DNA of 64,000 nt from Escherichia phage vB_Eco_OMNI12, in sequence record OL362041.1; one strand, written 5' to 3'. The position numbers were made by a program, and so were the translations under genes. The notes beneath the pieces are model-generated. The model saw only the letters and a list, made by a program, of their open reading frames with translations, ran no database searches and was not told the DNA's origin. Below, piece by piece: positions 36,196 through 47,503 of this stretch (within the stretch, counting starts at the first letter, position 1; every line of letters begins with the position of its first letter).

Positions 36196-36687
36196 ATGTT
36201 TGTAGATGATGTAACACGAGCGTTTGAATCTGGTGATTTTGCTCGACCTAACTTATTCCAAGTAGAAATTTCTTATCTTGGACAAAATTTTACATTCCAA
36301 TGTAAAGCCACTGCTTTACCAGCTGGTATTGTAGAAAAAATTCCAGTCGGATTTATGAACCGTAAAATTAACGTAGCAGGCGATCGTACATTCGATGACT
36401 GGACTGTTACAGTAATGAACGATGAAGCTCATGATGCTCGCCAGAAGTTTGTTGATTGGCAAAGCATTGCTGCTGGTCAAGGAAACGAAATTACTGGTGG
36501 AAAACCTGCAGAGTATAAAAAGAGCGCTATTGTTCGTCAATATGCTCGTGATGCTAAAACAGTAACAAAAGAAATTGAAATTAAAGGTCTGTGGCCTACT
36601 AACGTGGGTGAACTTCAATTAGATTGGGATTCAAACAATGAAATCCAAACCTTTGAAGTAACTCTTGCTCTCGATTATTGGGAATAA
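36196..36687 (+). CDS. 19: Tail tube protein gp19
   Basis: 163 aa. Confidence 0.95.
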   Translation: MFVDDVTRAFESGDFARPNLFQVEISYLGQNFTFQCKATALPAGIVEKIPVGFMNRKINVAGDRTFDDWTVTVMNDEAHDARQKFVDWQSIAAGQGNEITGGKPAEYKKSAIVRQYARDAKTVTKEIEIKGLWPTNVGELQLDWDSNNEIQTFEVTLALDYWE

Positions 36688-36694
36688 AATGAAT

Positions 36695-36708
36695 GGGGAG
36701 AAATCCCC
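36695..36708 (+). terminator. Stem-loop GGGGA-GAAA-TCCCC after gene 19
   Basis: Short GC hairpin with GNRA loop. Confidence 0.4.
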
Positions 36709-36719
36709 ATCCTGCTTAA

Positions 36720-38344
<1,625 letters not shown>

Positions 38345-38345
<1 letters not shown>

Positions 38346-38584
38346 TGGAAGGTTTAATTGAAGCTATTAAATCAAACGACCTCGTAGCCGCTCGTAAATT
38401 ATTTGCTGAAGCCATGGCTGCAAGAACGACTGATTTAATTAAAGAAGAAAAAATCGCTATCGCTCGTAATTTCTTAATCGAAGGTGAAGAACCTGATGAC
38501 GAGGATGATGACGAAGACGAAGATAGTGATGATAAAGACGACAAAAAAGACAAAGACTCTGACGAAGACGAGGATGATGAATAA
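38345..38584 (+). CDS. 67: Prohead core protein gp67 with poly-acidic C-terminal tail
   Basis: 79 aa ending [32 protein letters not shown]. Confidence 0.85.
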
Positions 38585-39009
38585 TGCTTCTGATCCCTGA
38601 AACTCATGAATTAGTTCTCGAGAATGTCGAAGCACTTATTCCTGAAGCACAGGGTCGCTTTGACGAATTGTCTTCTGCTTTAAATAAAGACGATATAAAT
38701 ACAATTGTCGAGAATATGCTTGATGATGAAACTGATTTAGCGGTTGCATTAGCTTCTATTAATGAAAATATGCCGTTAAATGAATTTATCGTTAAACATG
38801 TTTCTGCCCGTGGTGAAATTACTCGCACTAAAGATCGCAAAACCCGCGAACGTAATGCATTTCAAACTACCGGGTTGTCTAAAGCAAAACGTAGACAAAT
38901 TGCTCGTAAAGCTACCAAAACGAAGATTGCCAATCCAGCAGGTCAATCTCGTGCTCAGCGTAAGCGTAAAAAAGCTCTTAAACGCCGTAAAGCATTAGGA
39001 TTAAGCTAA
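38584..39009 (+). CDS. 68: Prohead core protein gp68
   Basis: 141 aa, basic C-terminus. Confidence 0.85.
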
Positions 39010-39647
39010 TGAATGAACCCCAATTACTAATTGAAACTTGGGGTCAACCTGGCGAAATTATTGATGGCGTACCAATGCTTGAATCTCATGATGGAAAAGA
39101 CTTAGGTTTAAAACCGGGTTTATACATCGAAGGAATATTCATGCAAGCGGAAGTCGTCAATAGAAATAAACGTCTTTATCCAAAACGTATATTAGAAAAA
39201 GCGGTAAAAGACTATATTAATGAGCAAGTTTTAACTAAACAAGCTCTCGGAGAATTAAATCATCCTCCACGCGCTAATGTTGACCCGATGCAAGCCGCTA
39301 TCATTATAGAAGATATGTGGTGGAAAGGAAATGACGTATACGGACGAGCTCGTGTTATTGAAGGTGACCACGGTCCTGGAGATAAATTAGCAGCTAATAT
39401 TCGTGCCGGATGGATTCCAGGAGTTTCTTCTCGTGGATTAGGTTCATTGACTGACACAAATAAAGGTTATCGTATCGTAAACGAAGGATTCAAATTAACT
39501 GTAGGTGTTGATGCAGTATGGGGTCCAAGTGCTCCAGATGCATGGGTAACTCCTAAGGAAATTACCGAATCACAGACGGCGGAAGCCGATACAAGTGCCG
39601 ATGACGCCTATATGGCTCTCGCAGAGGCCATGAAAAAAGCGTTATAA
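39009..39647 (+). CDS. 21: Prohead core protease gp21
   Basis: 212 aa. Confidence 0.93.
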   Translation: MNEPQLLIETWGQPGEIIDGVPMLESHDGKDLGLKPGLYIEGIFMQAEVVNRNKRLYPKRILEKAVKDYINEQVLTKQALGELNHPPRANVDPMQAAIIIEDMWWKGNDVYGRARVIEGDHGPGDKLAANIRAGWIPGVSSRGLGSLTDTNKGYRIVNEGFKLTVGVDAVWGPSAPDAWVTPKEITESQTAEADTSADDAYMALAEAMKKAL

Positions 39648-39650
39648 ATA
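39643..39650 (+). promoter_or_regulatory. Late promoter TATAAATA upstream of gene 22
   Basis: Exact motif overlapping gene 21 stop. Confidence 0.55.
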
Positions 39651-39677
39651 TTATTATCTAAACAACAGGACTACAAA

Positions 39678-40487
39678 ATGCTTAAAGAACAACTGATTGC
39701 CGAAGCGCAGAAAATTGATGCTTCCGTTGCTCTTGATAGTATTTTCGAATCAGTTAATATTTCTCCGGAAGCAAAAGAAACTTTCGGCACTGTATTCGAA
39801 GCTACCGTCAAGCAGCACGCCGTTAAATTAGCTGAATCTCATATCGCTAAAATTGCTGAAAAAGCAGAAGAAGAAGTAGAAAAAAATAAAGAAGAAGCAG
39901 AAGAAAAAGCTGAGAAGAAAATAGCTGAGCAAGCTTCTAAATTCCTTGACCATCTTGCAAAAGAATGGCTCGCTGAAAATAAATTAGCAGTTGATAAAGG
40001 CATCAAAGCCGAACTGTTTGAATCCATGCTTGGTGGATTAAAAGAGCTCTTTGTTGAACACAACGTTGTTGTTCCAGAAGAATCAGTTGATATTGTAGCT
40101 GAAATGGAAGAAGAGCTGCAAGAACATAAAGAAGAATCAGCTCGTCTGTTCGAAGAACTCAATAAGCGTGACGCATATATCAATTATGTGCAGCGTGAAG
40201 TGGCATTGAGCGAAAGTACTAAAGATCTGACTGAGTCTCAAAAAGAAAAAGTCTCTGCTCTGGTCGAAGGTATGGATTATTCAGATGCATTCTCAAGTAA
40301 ATTGAGTGCAATCGTAGAAATGGTGAAGAAATCTAATAAAGATGAAAGCACTATTACTGAGAGTATAAATACTCCTGATACTGAAGCAGCCGGACTGAAT
40401 TTCGTCACTGAAGCTGTAGAAGATAAAGCTGCACCTGGTGCAGAAGATATTGTAAGTGTATATGCGAAAGTCGCATCTCGTTTCTAA
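39678..40487 (+). CDS. 22: Prohead core scaffold protein gp22
   Basis: 269 aa, E/K-rich coiled coil. Confidence 0.93.
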   Translation: MLKEQLIAEAQKIDASVALDSIFESVNISPEAKETFGTVFEATVKQHAVKLAESHIAKIAEKAEEEVEKNKEEAEEKAEKKIAEQASKFLDHLAKEWLAENKLAVDKGIKAELFESMLGGLKELFVEHNVVVPEESVDIVAEMEEELQEHKEESARLFEELNKRDAYINYVQREVALSESTKDLTESQKEKVSALVEGMDYSDAFSSKLSAIVEMVKKSNKDESTITESINTPDTEAAGLNFVTEAVEDKAAPGAEDIVSVYAKVASRF

Positions 40488-40505
40488 TTTTAAAGGTTAA
40501 CACAA

Positions 40506-42071
40506 ATGACTATCAAAACTAAAGCTGAACTTTTGAACAAATGGAAGCCATTACTGGAAGGTGAAGGTTTACCGGAAATTGCTAATAGCAAACAAGCGAT
40601 TATCGCTAAAATCTTTGAAAACCAGGAAAAAGATTTCCAGACAGCTCCGGAATATAAAGACGAAAAAATTGCTCAGGCATTTGGTTCTTTCTTAACAGAA
40701 GCTGAAATCGGTGGTGACCACGGTTACAATGCTACCAACATCGCTGCAGGTCAGACTTCTGGCGCAGTAACTCAGATTGGCCCAGCTGTTATGGGTATGG
40801 TACGTCGTGCTATTCCTAACCTGATTGCTTTCGATATTTGTGGTGTTCAGCCGATGAACAGCCCAACCGGTCAGGTATTCGCACTCCGCGCGGTATATGG
40901 TAAAGACCCAATCGCTGCCGATGCTAAAGAAGCATTCCACCCAATGTATGGTCCAGATGCAATGTTCTCTGGTCAGGGTGCTGCTAAGAAATTCCCAGCT
41001 CTGGCTGCTAGCACACAAACCACAGTAGGTGATATCTATACTCACTTCTTCCAGGACACTGGTACTGTGTATCTGCAAGCTTCTGCTCAAGTAACAATCG
41101 ATGCTGGTGCGACTGATGCTGCTAAATTAGATGCTGAAATTAAGAAACAAATGGAAGCTGGTGCACTGGTAGAAATCGCTGAAGGTATGGCTACTTCTAT
41201 CGCTGAACTTCAGGAAGGTTTCAATGGTTCTACCGATAACCCATGGAATGAAATGGGCTTCCGTATCGATAAGCAAGTTATCGAAGCTAAATCTCGTCAG
41301 CTGAAAGCTGCTTACTCTATTGAATTAGCACAAGACCTCCGCGCTGTTCACGGTATGGATGCTGATGCTGAACTGTCTGGTATTCTGGCTACCGAAATCA
41401 TGCTGGAAATCAACCGTGAAGTTGTTGATTGGATTAACTACTCCGCACAGGTTGGTAAATCTGGTATGACCCTGACTCCGGGTTCTAAAGCTGGTGTATT
41501 TGACTTCCAGGATCCGATTGATATTCGTGGTGCTCGCTGGGCGGGTGAATCCTTTAAAGCTCTGTTGTTCCAGATTGACAAAGAAGCAGTTGAAATTGCT
41601 CGTCAGACCGGTCGTGGTGAAGGTAACTTCATTATCGCTTCCCGTAACGTAGTTAACGTTCTGGCTTCAGTTGATACCGGCATTTCTTATGCTGCACAGG
41701 GTCTGGCTACCGGCTTTAACACTGATACTACCAAGTCAGTATTTGCTGGTGTTCTGGGTGGTAAATACCGCGTATATATCGACCAGTATGCTAAACAAGA
41801 TTATTTCACTGTAGGTTATAAAGGTCCGAACGAAATGGATGCTGGTATTTACTATGCTCCATATGTAGCTCTGACTCCGCTGCGTGGTTCCGATCCGAAG
41901 AACTTCCAACCAGTAATGGGATTCAAAACTCGTTACGGTATCGGTATCAACCCATTTGCAGAATCCGCTGCTCAGGCTCCGGCTTCTCGCATCCAGAGCG
42001 GTATGCCTTCTATCCTGAACAGCCTTGGTAAAAACGCTTACTTCCGCCGTGTATATGTTAAAGGTATCTAA
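40506..42071 (+). CDS. 23: Major capsid protein gp23
   Basis: 521 aa. Confidence 0.97.
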   Translation: MTIKTKAELLNKWKPLLEGEGLPEIANSKQAIIAKIFENQEKDFQTAPEYKDEKIAQAFGSFLTEAEIGGDHGYNATNIAAGQTSGAVTQIGPAVMGMVRRAIPNLIAFDICGVQPMNSPTGQVFALRAVYGKDPIAADAKEAFHPMYGPDAMFSGQGAAKKFPALAASTQTTVGDIYTHFFQDTGTVYLQASAQVTIDAGATDAAKLDAEIKKQMEAGALVEIAEGMATSIAELQEGFNGSTDNPWNEMGFRIDKQVIEAKSRQLKAAYSIELAQDLRAVHGMDADAELSGILATEIMLEINREVVDWINYSAQVGKSGMTLTPGSKAGVFDFQDPIDIRGARWAGESFKALLFQIDKEAVEIARQTGRGEGNFIIASRNVVNVLASVDTGISYAAQGLATGFNTDTTKSVFAGVLGGKYRVYIDQYAKQDYFTVGYKGPNEMDAGIYYAPYVALTPLRGSDPKNFQPVMGFKTRYGIGINPFAESAAQAPASRIQSGMPSILNSLGKNAYFRRVYVKGI

Positions 42072-42086
42072 TCTTTGACGATTTAA

Positions 42087-42102
42087 GGGACCTTCGGGTC
42101 CC
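42087..42102 (+). terminator. Intrinsic terminator GGGACC-TTCG-GGTCCC plus T-run after gene 23
   Basis: GC hairpin followed by TTTAGTTGTTTTT. Confidence 0.7.
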
Positions 42103-42119
42103 TTTAGTTGTTTTTATGG

Positions 42120-42127
42120 TATAAATA
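42120..42127 (+). promoter_or_regulatory. Late promoter TATAAATA upstream of gene 24
   Basis: Exact motif 28 nt upstream of ATG. Confidence 0.6.
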
Positions 42128-42154
42128 AATCATATAAACCAAAAGGAAAGCGCA

Positions 42155-43438
42155 ATGGCTAAAATCAACGAACTTCTGCGCGAATCAACCACAACGAATA
42201 GCAACTCAATCGGTCGCCCAAATCTCGTTGCTTTGACTCGCGCTACCACTAAATTAATATATTCTGACATTGTAGCAACGCAAAGAACTAATCAACCTGT
42301 TGCTGCTTTTTATGGTATCAAATACCTTAACCCAGACAATGAATTTACATTTAAAACTGGTGCTACTTATGCTGGCGAAGCTGGATATGTAGACCGAGAA
42401 CAAATCACAGAATTAACAGAAGAGTCTAAATTAACTCTCAATAAGGGCGATTTATTCAAATATAATAATATCGTTTATAAAGTATTAGAAGATACACCAT
42501 TTGCTGATATTGAAGAAAGCGATTTAGAATTAGCTCTTCAGATTGCAATTGTTCTTTTAAAGGTTCGTCTATTTTCTGACGCAGCGTCAACAAGCAAATT
42601 TGAAAGCTCTGATAGTGAAATTGCGGATGCTAGATTCCAGATTAATAAATGGCAAACCGCAGTTAAATCTCGTAAACTTAAAACTGGTATCACAGTTGAA
42701 TTAGCACAAGATTTAGAAGCAAATGGATTCGATGCTCCTAATTTCTTGGAAGATTTGCTTGCAACTGAAATGGCAGATGAAATCAATAAAGATATTCTGC
42801 AGTCTTTGATTACAGTGTCAAAACGCTATAAAGTTACAGGAATTACTGATACTGGATTCATCGATTTGAGTTATGCATCTGCACCTGAAGCTGGTCGTTC
42901 ATTATACCGAATGGTATGTGAAATGGTTTCGCATATCCAAAAAGAATCAACTTATACAGCAACGTTCTGTGTTGCTTCAGCTCGTGCTGCTGCGATTCTT
43001 GCTGCATCAGGTTGGTTAAAACATAAACCAGAAGATGATAAATATCTTTCACAAAATGCCTATGGGTTCTTAGCTAATGGTTTACCGCTTTATTGCGATA
43101 CTAACAGCCCATTAGATTATGTAATCGTTGGCGTAGTAGAAAATATCGGTGAAAAAGAAATTGTTGGATCAATTTTCTATGCTCCGTATACAGAAGGTCT
43201 TGACTTAGATGACCCTGAACATGTAGGTGCATTTAAAGTTGTAGTTGATCCAGAAAGTTTGCAGCCATCTATCGGTTTATTAGTTAGATATGCTTTATCT
43301 GCAAATCCTTACACCGTAGCAAAAGATGAAAAAGAAGCAAGAGTAATTGATGGTGGAGACATGGATAAAATGGCGGGTCGTTCAGATTTGTCTGTTTTAT
43401 TAGGTGTTAAATTACCAAAAATTATCGTTGATGAATAA
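42155..43438 (+). CDS. 24: Capsid vertex protein gp24
   Basis: 427 aa, gp23 paralog. Confidence 0.93.
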   Translation: MAKINELLRESTTTNSNSIGRPNLVALTRATTKLIYSDIVATQRTNQPVAAFYGIKYLNPDNEFTFKTGATYAGEAGYVDREQITELTEESKLTLNKGDLFKYNNIVYKVLEDTPFADIEESDLELALQIAIVLLKVRLFSDAASTSKFESSDSEIADARFQINKWQTAVKSRKLKTGITVELAQDLEANGFDAPNFLEDLLATEMADEINKDILQSLITVSKRYKVTGITDTGFIDLSYASAPEAGRSLYRMVCEMVSHIQKESTYTATFCVASARAAAILAASGWLKHKPEDDKYLSQNAYGFLANGLPLYCDTNSPLDYVIVGVVENIGEKEIVGSIFYAPYTEGLDLDDPEHVGAFKVVVDPESLQPSIGLLVRYALSANPYTVAKDEKEARVIDGGDMDKMAGRSDLSVLLGVKLPKIIVDE

Positions 43439-43444
43439 AACAAA

Positions 43445-43460
43445 GGGACCAAAAGGTCCC
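43445..43460. terminator. Bidirectional stem-loop GGGACC-AAAA-GGTCCC between convergent genes 24 and rnlB
   Basis: Hairpin followed by TTTTT on plus strand. Confidence 0.65.
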
Positions 43461-43467
43461 TTTTTAT

Positions 43468-44472
43468 TTAACTTACCAATTCAATCCAAGCCGGACGAAG
43501 TACATCTTGTACCATTTTAACTAATTCCTTCTTAATCAAAGAAGGATTATCCGCTTGAGCTAAAGTAATACCTTCACGAGAAGTTTCTTCCAAAATATCT
43601 TGAACAGTTAGTCCCATCACCTTTCCAAAATCCTTCGGACCAATTTCACCAATTTTAGAAATAACGTTATTTACTCGGTTCAGTGTAACGTAACAAGCTA
43701 AAATTCCAACCAATTTGTTATCAGCTTCTGACAGTTCAACTTTAGCTTTAATAGGCTTATCAGACTTTTTCTTTTCACTAAATTTAGAGTTCTTGCATTT
43801 GATAGCTACGCGATTGCCATTAGGCATCCAAGAAGGATAACAAGGTTTCAATACATATCCTTCAGCGGTAAATACTTCGCCTTTTACTTCAGCATTCCAA
43901 ACGCATTTATTTGCATCAACTAATCCAGCATGGTCTACCGTAAAATTATAATCCTGGACGACAGAATCTAAATCATTTGGCAATTTAATAAGTTCTTCAA
44001 ATTTACCACGACCTAAAAGTGGAGCCATTTTAAATTTAAATGTATTACAGAATGATTCCATCATATAATCATCGACATAAGTCACATCACCACTTTCGGT
44101 AGTAACAATAATGTCAAATACATAAAAATCTTTATCACCATAATCGACATTCTTCTGAATGCCAGGTCCAGCGAATTCGCCAAAGACTTGATAAGATACA
44201 ACCGCTGAAGTTTCCATAATATCTTGTACTGCTTTAATAGAATCAGCGTAATTCTTCAAAATAATTTCATACCCAAAGAAATCTTCAGCAGGAAGAATAG
44301 GACCAGTGCGTTTAGCGCAAGTTACTTTATCACGCTCAATAATCAATGAGAAATTTGTGCCGTGAATCTTTTCACGAGCTACCCACTCCCCACCAGTCAA
44401 TCCCAAGCTATAAAGTTTTTCAATAAATTTAGAGTTGTAATGATTTTCAAGACTGCTATACTTTTTAAACAT
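43468..44472 (-). CDS. rnlB: RNA ligase 2
   Basis: 334 aa; nucleotidyltransferase motif KIHGTN. Confidence 0.93.
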   Translation of the reverse strand: MFKKYSSLENHYNSKFIEKLYSLGLTGGEWVAREKIHGTNFSLIIERDKVTCAKRTGPILPAEDFFGYEIILKNYADSIKAVQDIMETSAVVSYQVFGEFAGPGIQKNVDYGDKDFYVFDIIVTTESGDVTYVDDYMMESFCNTFKFKMAPLLGRGKFEELIKLPNDLDSVVQDYNFTVDHAGLVDANKCVWNAEVKGEVFTAEGYVLKPCYPSWMPNGNRVAIKCKNSKFSEKKKSDKPIKAKVELSEADNKLVGILACYVTLNRVNNVISKIGEIGPKDFGKVMGLTVQDILEETSREGITLAQADNPSLIKKELVKMVQDVLRPAWIELVS

Positions 44473-44481
44473 AATTAATCC

Positions 44482-44760
44482 TCAAAATGTAATTTCTAAC
44501 CAATCACCATCACGCTGATCACTATTGACTTTAAAGCTAAATCCTTCTTTTCTCAGCCAATCACCAATTTCTTCAGTAATCAATTTATCGCGAGCAGTAC
44601 AATAATAACTAAAATATGTTTTACCTTGTTCAGCTGCTTTATTAGCAAGTTCCGAAAAATCTTTAATAAAACACTCTAGCTTAAACTGTTTACTTTTAAG
44701 TGCTTTTTCGCGTAATCGATTAGCAAAAGATTCATTTTCATAAAGATCATACTGTTCCAT
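44482..44760 (-). CDS. Hypothetical protein (T4 24.2 position)
   Basis: 92 aa ORF. Confidence 0.6.
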   Translation of the reverse strand: MEQYDLYENESFANRLREKALKSKQFKLECFIKDFSELANKAAEQGKTYFSYYCTARDKLITEEIGDWLRKEGFSFKVNSDQRDGDWLEITF

Positions 44761-44763
44761 TTT

Positions 44764-44961
44764 TCACCTTTTATTAATATGTCTTTTTCTATAGACAACT
44801 TTTTCTCGAGTTTCAAATTTATTCTTAGCAGTCATAGCTCGAGCCCATAATACAGCCACTTCTTTCGCCTGTAAGTTTAATTCACGAGCAATTTCAATGA
44901 ATGACTTTCCAGACTCATGAAGAGTAAACACCACAACCTCAGTTCTCATAATCAATCTCAT
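44764..44961 (-). CDS. Hypothetical small protein (T4 24.3 position)
   Basis: 65 aa ORF. Confidence 0.5.
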   Translation of the reverse strand: MRLIMRTEVVVFTLHESGKSFIEIARELNLQAKEVAVLWARAMTAKNKFETREKVVYRKRHINKR

Positions 44962-45028
44962 GTTATCGAGTTGATGCCATTATATACATCATTTTCTGAG
45001 TATGTTTTGTGTGCTTTCAAAATGAAGA

Positions 45029-45046
45029 AAGGGGCCGAAGCCCCTT
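45029..45046 (-). terminator. Stem-loop AAGGGGC-UUCG-GCCCCUU after hoc
   Basis: GC hairpin with UUCG loop followed by U-rich tract on minus strand. Confidence 0.55.
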
Positions 45047-45056
45047 ATGATTATGA

Positions 45057-46763
45057 TTATGGATAGGTATAGATGATACCAGTTTCTAAAGCAGTTTTAT
45101 GAATGATGTATCCATTGCGTGATTCTTGAACATCAACTTCTGGATAGTCTTTAATCATCTTCTGAAGAGTGTAACGATGCAGGTAGTATTTACTATCTGG
45201 GTCGTCAGTTTTCCAATCTTTACCTTCTTCGGTCATTTTTTGGATTTCATCCATAACCCACCAACCGCACCAGATATAAGCTGAAGTACGATGTGGAAGA
45301 GGATGAACATAAGGCAATTCACCTTCTGGTTCTGGAGCAACTTTATCAGTTACCTGAACTTGACCTTCTGCTGTAATAGTTTTGCTATCGTAATCAGTTG
45401 CAGTAACGACAGCAGTAACTTCAATAGTTTGACTTCCAACAGATGAGGTATCGACAGTATATACGTTAGTTGACCCTTCTACAGGAGAAGAATCTTTCTT
45501 CCATGAGTAAGTAATTTGTGCTTCTTCTGGAGCACCCGTAACATTAGCCGTAAATGTAGCCGAAGCATCTTGCTGAACGTTAATAGAAGGAGGAGTCAAT
45601 GTAACCTGTGGATTCATTGTTTTCTTATTAACAGTCAATGATACTTCATTAGAAGTAACTTCCTTTTCATTGTAATTTTCTGCAGTTACTTGCGCTACAC
45701 ACTTAACTGTTTTAGCTCCAACTGTGGTAGGAGTATAGTTAAATGTAGTAGTAGTTTCTCCATCGACCAGAGAACCGTCAACATACCACTGATACGTAGC
45801 AGACGCTCCTGGTGGCTGTGAATCCAAGGCAGCAGTAAATTGAACTGGGGTTCCAATTACTCCGGCAGCAGGATTAGCAGGAGTTACGGCTAACGTAGTT
45901 GTCTGTGTCTTCTTATTAACTGTTAATGATACTTCATTAGAAGTAACGCTTAGTGCATCATAATCTGTTGCTGTTACTTGCGCTACGCATTTAATTCTTT
46001 TTACTCCACTTGTAGTTGGAGTATAGCTAAATGTAGCAGAAGTCGCTTCACCAATTTGAGAATCATCTACATACCACTGATACGTAGCAGATGCCCCATC
46101 AGGTTGAGAAGCTAAGGCAGCAGTAAATTCAACGGCTGTTCCAATCACTCCAGCTGGAGGACTATCAGGAGTTACTGCCAAGGTAGTCGTCTGCGTCTTT
46201 TTATTAACAGTCAATGATACTTCATTAGAAGTAACGCTTAGTGCATCATAATCTGCCGCAGTTACTTGAGCTACACACTTGATTTTTTTAACTCCGCTTG
46301 TGTCAGGAGTGTAATTGAATGTAGCGTCAGTTGCTTCGTCTACAGGAGAACCGTCAACGTGCCATTGATACGTAGCGTTTGCACCTGATGGCTGTGAAGC
46401 TAAGGCAGCGGTAAATTCAATTGGAGTTCCAATCACTCCAGCATCAGGGCTACCAGGAGTTACTGCCAAAGTAGTTGTTTGTGTCTTATTTTGAACTGTG
46501 ATAGTTGTACTAATTTCAGCTGTTTCAGGTTCAGATTCTGCAACTTGATTGGTTGCAACTACTTTAATAGTCTTTTGACCGGCAGGTCCTTTTAGTACAT
46601 AACTAAAAGTTGCTGACGTTTCTTCCTGTGGAGCGTCGTCTACAGTCCAAGCATATGTAATAGGTCCATCTCCAGTTTGACCACTGGGTGTAGCAGTAAA
46701 CTGCTTAGTTTCATCAATAACCCCTGTCGGTGTTTTAGGAGTTATATCAACTGTAAAAGTCAT
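45057..46763 (-). CDS. hoc: Head outer capsid protein Hoc, expanded form with five Ig-like domains plus capsid-binding domain
   Basis: 568 aa; T4 Hoc-like N-terminus and C-terminal ELPYVHPLPHR...GWWVMDEIQKMTEEGKDW; three tandem 96-aa repeats. Confidence 0.9.
   Translation of the reverse strand: MTFTVDITPKTPTGVIDETKQFTATPSGQTGDGPITYAWTVDDAPQEETSATFSYVLKGPAGQKTIKVVATNQVAESEPETAEISTTITVQNKTQTTTLAVTPGSPDAGVIGTPIEFTAALASQPSGANATYQWHVDGSPVDEATDATFNYTPDTSGVKKIKCVAQVTAADYDALSVTSNEVSLTVNKKTQTTTLAVTPDSPPAGVIGTAVEFTAALASQPDGASATYQWYVDDSQIGEATSATFSYTPTTSGVKRIKCVAQVTATDYDALSVTSNEVSLTVNKKTQTTTLAVTPANPAAGVIGTPVQFTAALDSQPPGASATYQWYVDGSLVDGETTTTFNYTPTTVGAKTVKCVAQVTAENYNEKEVTSNEVSLTVNKKTMNPQVTLTPPSINVQQDASATFTANVTGAPEEAQITYSWKKDSSPVEGSTNVYTVDTSSVGSQTIEVTAVVTATDYDSKTITAEGQVQVTDKVAPEPEGELPYVHPLPHRTSAYIWCGWWVMDEIQKMTEEGKDWKTDDPDSKYYLHRYTLQKMIKDYPEVDVQESRNGYIIHKTALETGIIYTYP
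45627..46490. repeat. Three tandem direct repeats of ~288 bp inside hoc, each encoding one Ig-like domain
   Basis: Repeat units ~46490-46203, 46202-45915, 45914-45627; recurring ttattaacagtcaatgatacttcattagaagtaac. Confidence 0.8.
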
Positions 46764-46772
46764 AAGTTATCC

Positions 46773-47453
46773 TTATTTTAATGTTACGAAAGAAGAGTTG
46801 CGTGTTTCACGAATTAGAACTGATCCGTCACGGTTAATGTAATAAATTAAGCTAAATAAAGTTTGGTGTGCTGACGCATGTTCAAAACTAGTTGGGTGAG
46901 ATTTCCAATCAGGAGTTTCAGCAATCCATTGATAAATCCACCAAGGAACAGTACAGAATCCTGGATTTTTTCCAATCAACTGAAGATTCGGGCTAAAGTT
47001 TTCCGGAAGAGTAAATACAGACTGCTTTTCAGATTCAATAATCTCAGCTACAGCCTGTTCAAATTTTTCTTCAACAAATGGAGTATCTTCAATCAAAACA
47101 TCGGTATTTTCAGGAATTTTATCTGTTTCTACTACTTCAATTTTAATGTCAGATTTAACCGGAGAATCAATCAAAAGTGCTGCTTCTGGATTGACTTCTT
47201 CATCGTCATATTTTAACCCCTCTGCAGCATCAGCAGCATCAATTAAGTCTTTAATAGATAACCCATCAGTCTCCGGCATAGGTTCACTAGCGAGCTTCTG
47301 GAGAGCTTCTTCAATATCATTAACGATATTATCAAAAGATTTATTCTTTTTGACCTTTATACCAAACTGTTCAGCATATTCAGCTAATTTAGCTTTAGCT
47401 TCTTTATTATCATCAAGAGCCTTCAGCTCTGCAATATAATCTTTATCTATCAT
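46773..47453 (-). CDS. inh: Inhibitor of prohead protease Inh
   Basis: 226 aa ORF between hoc and uvsW. Confidence 0.75.
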   Translation of the reverse strand: MIDKDYIAELKALDDNKEAKAKLAEYAEQFGIKVKKNKSFDNIVNDIEEALQKLASEPMPETDGLSIKDLIDAADAAEGLKYDDEEVNPEAALLIDSPVKSDIKIEVVETDKIPENTDVLIEDTPFVEEKFEQAVAEIIESEKQSVFTLPENFSPNLQLIGKNPGFCTVPWWIYQWIAETPDWKSHPTSFEHASAHQTLFSLIYYINRDGSVLIRETRNSSFVTLK

Positions 47454-47466
47454 AATATTTCCTCAG

Positions 47467-47474
47467 TATAAATA
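47467..47474 (+). promoter_or_regulatory. Late promoter motif TATAAATA upstream of uvsW
   Basis: Exact motif 30 nt upstream of ATG. Confidence 0.45.
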
Positions 47475-47503
47475 TAGATATATTTATTACATGGTATTTA
47501 GAC

